DNA of 64,000 nt from Bacilli bacterium (lineage in GTDB: Bacteria > Bacillota_I > Bacilli_A > RF39 > UBA660). Below, one piece after another: positions 59,370 to 64,000 of this stretch. Below the pieces are notes generated by a model, which saw only the letters and a program-made list of their open reading frames with translations, was not told the origin of the DNA and made no database searches. Each line of letters opens with the position of its first letter. Position 1 is the first letter of the stretch. The stretch is taken from assembly GCA_017441065.1 (NCBI GenBank), contig JAFSAI010000010.1, forward strand, positions 5,378 through 69,377. The letters are read 5' to 3'. The position numbers and the translations under genes are program-made.

Positions 59370-60404
59370 TTATTTTACATCTTTATCTAAATCATAAGAC
59401 AAGATATTAGTATTAATAATTGTATTATCTTTTAAAATTGTGTAATTTATACCTATGTATTTGATATCATCACTATACTTTTTAAATATTTCACTTTCTG
59501 CTATTGCAATTTCACATTTAACATCTTCATATTTAACACAATCATTAGTTTTTATAACATCTAAGAAATAATATCCGGTATCAGTTGTTAAAGTCAACAC
59601 TTGCGTATCTTTCAAATAAATGCCATAATCAAATTCATTATCATAAACATTATTTCCATATGTAATATTTTTTATTTTTCCATATTTTTCTTTAGAAAAA
59701 ATTATTTCTTCTTTTACTAATTCGTAATCATTAATATTTTTGTCGTAATATAATTGTTTATATAAATTGCCATCTGTTTTAAGTACCCACATTACCTTCT
59801 CAGTGCGTTTTTCCGTACTATTGTAGTTTGAATCTATCGAATATAATCCTTTTACGCCTTCTTCTTTTATATAATCATAATATATTTCTGAACCCCAAGT
59901 ATTATGTTCGATTTTAGTTACTATAGGCTCATTATTATTTGCTTTATATGGCGTAAATATATATAAATCATTATTTTCATCTATAATATATTCACCATTA
60001 TTTTTTATTTCTTTGATATGTATACCTGGATTTATTTCCATACAATTTTGGTTATTACTATATAAATTTACCAAAGAAAATTTATATATTGAATAATCTT
60101 CTAAAAACATATATTCATCGTAAATTGCTATTACATTTTTATTATTTAAAGCATTGCATTTAAAATTTTCGCCAGCATATTCCATTGAATAAACATCATA
60201 TAAATATGCATCATCTTTATATTTATATTTCAAATGTGCCCAATCATGAGTTTTTACATATTCCATTAATGTAGAACTATTAATTCTTTCGCTATTTGCT
60301 TTTATTTCTTTTACTTTATATATTACAAAAGGAATTGTTATAGCCAATAAGATTATAGCTGCTATAATGCTAACAATTACTATTATTTTCTTTTTCATAG
60401 CCAT
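59370..60404 (-). CDS. Membrane-anchored extracytoplasmic protein (unknown function)
   Basis: N-terminal TM segment and a Tyr/Asn-rich region of 344 aa. No motif was recognised. Confidence 0.4.
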   Translation of the reverse strand: MAMKKKIIVIVSIIAAIILLAITIPFVIYKVKEIKANSERINSSTLMEYVKTHDWAHLKYKYKDDAYLYDVYSMEYAGENFKCNALNNKNVIAIYDEYMFLEDYSIYKFSLVNLYSNNQNCMEINPGIHIKEIKNNGEYIIDENNDLYIFTPYKANNNEPIVTKIEHNTWGSEIYYDYIKEEGVKGLYSIDSNYNSTEKRTEKVMWVLKTDGNLYKQLYYDKNINDYELVKEEIIFSKEKYGKIKNITYGNNVYDNEFDYGIYLKDTQVLTLTTDTGYYFLDVIKTNDCVKYEDVKCEIAIAESEIFKKYSDDIKYIGINYTILKDNTIINTNILSYDLDKDVK

Positions 60405-60413
60405 CCCATTTTA

Positions 60414-61037
60414 TTATCTATATTCAGAGAAATCTGTTACTTTACTTTCATCTGGTCTTTCTTCAAATTCTATTTTTTGTAATTTAGAAGAAGACTTACC
60501 AGCACCATCTGTTATAGTATATAATATCCAATATTGATCTTTATGTTCTGATGGAACAACTTCATGATAAACAATATGAGTAATTTCATAATCATCAGTA
60601 TCTTCAACTACTTCTAAATGTTTATAATTAATATCATCAATACTAACCACATTATAAACATCTTCATAATACTTAATAACTGGTACTGCAATATCATTTG
60701 GGTTATTTACATCATTTACCCAATGAATCTTTGTACCTGATGCTATCCATCCTTCGGTATCTTCAAATTCAATTTTATACCAATTATAAATACTGCTATC
60801 AGTATTAACATCTAATACTTTATAAATTTCTCCTTTTTCTACTTTACCTAATTCTTTTCCTTTAGTACTTGGTAAATCTCTAACATTTATTGGAGTATCA
60901 TAAATTATTTCAACATACCAACCTTTTTTTATTTCTTCTATTCTCTTTTTTTCTTTTACTTCTTTAAAATAAAAGTATCCACCAATACCGCCAACTATTA
61001 AACAAATAAGCAAAATACATACTACTGCTTTTTTCAT
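60414..61037 (-). CDS. Membrane-anchored SH3b-domain protein
   Basis: The pattern INVRDLPSTKGKELGKVEKGEIYKVL..WYKIEF..GWIASG is bacterial SH3-like. The RBS ggaaggtga precedes the ATG at 61037. Confidence 0.5.
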   Translation of the reverse strand: MKKAVVCILLICLIVGGIGGYFYFKEVKEKKRIEEIKKGWYVEIIYDTPINVRDLPSTKGKELGKVEKGEIYKVLDVNTDSSIYNWYKIEFEDTEGWIASGTKIHWVNDVNNPNDIAVPVIKYYEDVYNVVSIDDINYKHLEVVEDTDDYEITHIVYHEVVPSEHKDQYWILYTITDGAGKSSSKLQKIEFEERPDESKVTDFSEYR

Positions 61038-61151
61038 TTTTTCACCTTCCATACAAATTATAACACAAAAATACAAATTTTTTAAAAAATATTAAATTTT
61101 TACTTGCTTTTTTTAAATATTTATTATACAATTTACTAGACGTGACATAAT

Positions 61152-61228
<77 letters not shown>

Positions 61229-61247
61229 TTTTATGTTTATGTTATAT

Positions 61248-61324
61248 GGCCCGTTGGTGAAGCGGTCGAACACACATGCCTTTCACGCATGCATACATGG
61301 GTTCAAATCCCGTACGGGTCACCA
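61248..61324 (+). tRNA. tRNA-Glu (anticodon UUC)
   Basis: Acceptor ggcccgt/acgggtc, anticodon loop ctTTCac, CCA encoded, and a terminator follows at about 61331-61360. Confidence 0.85.
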
Positions 61325-61411
61325 TTTAGAAATTAACGAACTTTAATAGTTCGTTTTTTTATTTATAAAAAAACCACTAAATTTAATTAGTGGTTTTAAT
61401 TTTGTAGTTTG

Positions 61412-63856
61412 TTAATCTACATCAAATCTTGCCAAAATTTGTGCAGGAGTTTTTCTTATAGTATTAAATACCGGTATTAATCCTACAACTAAGTTAAATA
61501 TCAAAACAAGTAAAACACTTACTACAAACGTAAATATATTTACCATATACATATCTCCAAGATAAGGAACTTTAGCAATAGCATTTAATATATATGTCAT
61601 AAATATTATTCCAGTTAAACTAGCTACTACAGTAATAGCTAATATCTCTCCCGAAAACATTTTATAAATATCTTTCTTTTTAACTCCAATTGCGCGATAT
61701 ATTCCAACTTCTTTGATTCTTGATAAGAATGATGATCTAATCATCAATAATATTTCGATTAAAGATATTCCTAAAATAACGCCGGATATTATTAATGTAG
61801 TAATCATACCATCTTGTATATTATTTAAATATTCATTTTTATCATAATCATAGGAACTATAAATATTCATTTTATTATCTTGGAAATAATTAATAGTCTC
61901 TTCTTCATTATTACTTAGAATTGTCAAATTAGAAGATTTTCTTATTAAATTATATTTAATAGTATTTTCGTTAACTAAAAAGTCATTTTTATTACTATCA
62001 TTAATATTTTCATAATATCCAACTACTTTTAATTTATGATTATTTATTTTATTATCTATCAACTTATTAATAGGCATAAATATTTCATTATCTATATTTA
62101 CTATTACTTCATAATCATTAATAGGTAAATTTCCTTTAACTAATTTTATTTCTTTATTTAAAATTAAACTATAATCTATATACCCTTGAGAATCTATATC
62201 AGTATCATAATAATTATAATAATCTTCTTCATTATATGAATTCGATAACATATTTATAAACATATCTTTAGACGCATATACATTAGGTTCTTCTAAATCA
62301 GTTATTCCTACTATTACAAAACTTTCCATATTATTTAATACAATTTCGTGATTCAAATAGTCTTCTATGGTTGCATAACCTGCTGTTTTAGTATTGTCGC
62401 TTTCAATAAAATTATTTAATACCAATTTATCTATTACTAATTCGTATTTATTATTAGGTAATCTACCCATAATTAAATCATTCTTCTTAATATCATTAAT
62501 ATTTGATAATGATGCTTTAAATGTTCCATAATTATTTTGAGTTTGTAAATATTTTGTGTAATTAAATCTAAAATTTACTAAACTGTTGCCAGGAAGAATT
62601 AAATCTATATTATTTAAATTTTCATAACTTAAATAATCCTCTACTGAAACATTTTTTGTTATCACCCTTAAATAATCTTTGTTAGCAGTAATAAAATCTT
62701 TGTCTTCTATATTTAAGGTAGCAAAGATTGATGAAACCGAGTAAAAAATAAACATTCCAGATAAGAAGAAACCACCAAGTAATATTTTCTTCAGTATTGG
62801 ATAATCTAATAGTTTTTTAAAACCATATGTTATAAAAGATCCAAGCTTAAATATACTACTATATCTAGTTTTTATTGAATTATTAGAAATTTTTTCAATA
62901 TCAAATGTATCTTTATCTATTTCTACATTTTGTATTTCTTTATAATGATCATTAATAAGTTCAATATTAGAATTGTTCTCTACTACTTCTATTTTATGTT
63001 CATTTTTAGTTTCTATATAAATATTGCCATTTTTAAATACAACATTAATATCTAATTTTTCATCATTATTTCTATAAACATTAATATGTATATTATCTTT
63101 TTGAATATTTTCTATATCTTTATAATCTTTTAAATATATTCTATTTTCTATTTCATAATTTAGAGAACCCGCAAAATCATTTTGATAATCTTTGATAACT
63201 TTGCCATCAATAAGTTCAATAATTCTATCTGCATAGAACCTTGCTAATTCTTCTTCATGAGTAACTAAAATAACTAGATATTTAGAAGATATGCTTTTTA
63301 TAATATTCATTACTTCTAAACTATTTTTACTATCCAAGTTTCCTGTTGGTTCGTCCGCTAATATTATTTTAGGATTTTTTACTAACGCTCTTGCTATTCC
63401 AACTCTTTGTCTTTCACCGCCAGACAACATACTTACTGGTCTATTTTTATAACGAGTCATTTTTACTTTATCTAAAGTATATAAAACTCTTTTTTCTATT
63501 TCTTCTTTATTTTTTATACCAATAATTTTTAAAGATAGCGCTACGTTTTCAAAAACAGTCATATTCTCTACTAGTTTATAATCTTGAAAAATATAGCCAA
63601 TATTTAAATTACGTATTTCGTCTACTTTATAACTACTTCTTCTTGTAATCCTTTTTCCGTCAACATATATATTTCCTGAATTAACTTTATCAAGGCCACC
63701 AATAGTATTTAAAATTGTTGTTTTACCACAACCAGATGGTCCTAAAAGTGCTACTAATCCAGATGATGGAAAATCAATGCTAGTATTAGCTATAACATGT
63801 ATTTGATTCTTTTTAAATCTATTAAAATACTTATTTACTTTATCTAACTTTATCAT
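61412..63856 (-). CDS. Fused ABC transporter ATPase plus FtsX/MacB-type permease
   Basis: N-terminal Walker A GPSGCGKTT, signature LSGGERQR and Walker B ILADEPT. It also has a large extracytoplasmic domain and C-terminal FtsX TM helices. Confidence 0.85.
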   Translation of the reverse strand: MIKLDKVNKYFNRFKKNQIHVIANTSIDFPSSGLVALLGPSGCGKTTILNTIGGLDKVNSGNIYVDGKRITRRSSYKVDEIRNLNIGYIFQDYKLVENMTVFENVALSLKIIGIKNKEEIEKRVLYTLDKVKMTRYKNRPVSMLSGGERQRVGIARALVKNPKIILADEPTGNLDSKNSLEVMNIIKSISSKYLVILVTHEEELARFYADRIIELIDGKVIKDYQNDFAGSLNYEIENRIYLKDYKDIENIQKDNIHINVYRNNDEKLDINVVFKNGNIYIETKNEHKIEVVENNSNIELINDHYKEIQNVEIDKDTFDIEKISNNSIKTRYSSIFKLGSFITYGFKKLLDYPILKKILLGGFFLSGMFIFYSVSSIFATLNIEDKDFITANKDYLRVITKNVSVEDYLSYENLNNIDLILPGNSLVNFRFNYTKYLQTQNNYGTFKASLSNINDIKKNDLIMGRLPNNKYELVIDKLVLNNFIESDNTKTAGYATIEDYLNHEIVLNNMESFVIVGITDLEEPNVYASKDMFINMLSNSYNEEDYYNYYDTDIDSQGYIDYSLILNKEIKLVKGNLPINDYEVIVNIDNEIFMPINKLIDNKINNHKLKVVGYYENINDSNKNDFLVNENTIKYNLIRKSSNLTILSNNEEETINYFQDNKMNIYSSYDYDKNEYLNNIQDGMITTLIISGVILGISLIEILLMIRSSFLSRIKEVGIYRAIGVKKKDIYKMFSGEILAITVVASLTGIIFMTYILNAIAKVPYLGDMYMVNIFTFVVSVLLVLIFNLVVGLIPVFNTIRKTPAQILARFDVD

Positions 63857-63858
63857 AA

Positions 63859-64000
63859 CTATAGCACACTCCCATAAGTTTTAATTATTGAATCTTTAAA
63901 TATTTTTCTACCATATCTCATAGAGATTAATATAGATAATAATATTAAAATTAAATACACAATTATATATTCACTAATGCCAATATATTTAGACAATTCT
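63859..64000 (-). CDS. C-terminal end of an upstream membrane protein (partial, possibly an ABC permease partner)
   Basis: The minus-strand frame is open to the window edge and ends ..KTYGSVL*. The stop lies just upstream of the next gene's start (63856). Confidence 0.3.
   Translation of the reverse strand, partial: ELSKYIGISEYIIVYLILILLSILISMRYGRKIFKDSIIKTYGSVL

Overview
This is a low-GC (by eye well under 30% GC) Firmicutes-type chromosomal segment using the standard genetic code. Trp is TGG and TGA is used as a stop. The backbone is housekeeping, with Bacillus-like synteny: comEA-comEC-holA, spoVB-like/comN-like/relA/dtd, T-box-hisS-aspS, gatCAB, mreCD plus spoIVFA/B-like genes plus rplU-prp-rpmA, a 6S-like RNA upstream of tcdA, gpsA, rarA, xerD, zupT, tgt/queA, a tmk-pyrH-folA-thyA-glyA-folD block, ruvAB, obg and three tRNAs. 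Coding polarity flips from mostly + (1-38 kb) to mostly - (38-64 kb). A 28-bp dif-like site at 43845-43872, with xerD nearby, suggests this is the replication terminus. Scattered through the backbone is an accessory system. Its main parts are four mosaic paralogs of a membrane-anchored surface protein (5793, 21644, 30959 and 41218) and two decayed promoter/signal-anchor stubs (about 13.0 and 14.1 kb). The regulatory parts are conserved promoters with 8-9 nt poly-G tracts (phase-variation candidates), two paralogous divergent XRE regulators and a conserved post-stop DNA/RNA element. There is also a noncoding, Asn-codon-rich, separately promoted repeat (21024-21132). It aligns to GC-rich, adenine-avoiding segments at the 3' ends of two paralogs. 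That layout resembles a diversity-generating retroelement template/variable-repeat pair, but no reverse transcriptase is in the window and the mismatch pattern is only partly adenine-specific. Other items worth a look are three DUF3419-like methyltransferase-fold paralogs in the mre/spoIVF/rplU locus, a Big2/cadherin-like membrane protein paired with a HerA-like ATPase, a DUF1016 pseudogene and an unassigned GC-rich small RNA candidate. All family assignments come from motif recognition by eye, and no searches were run.
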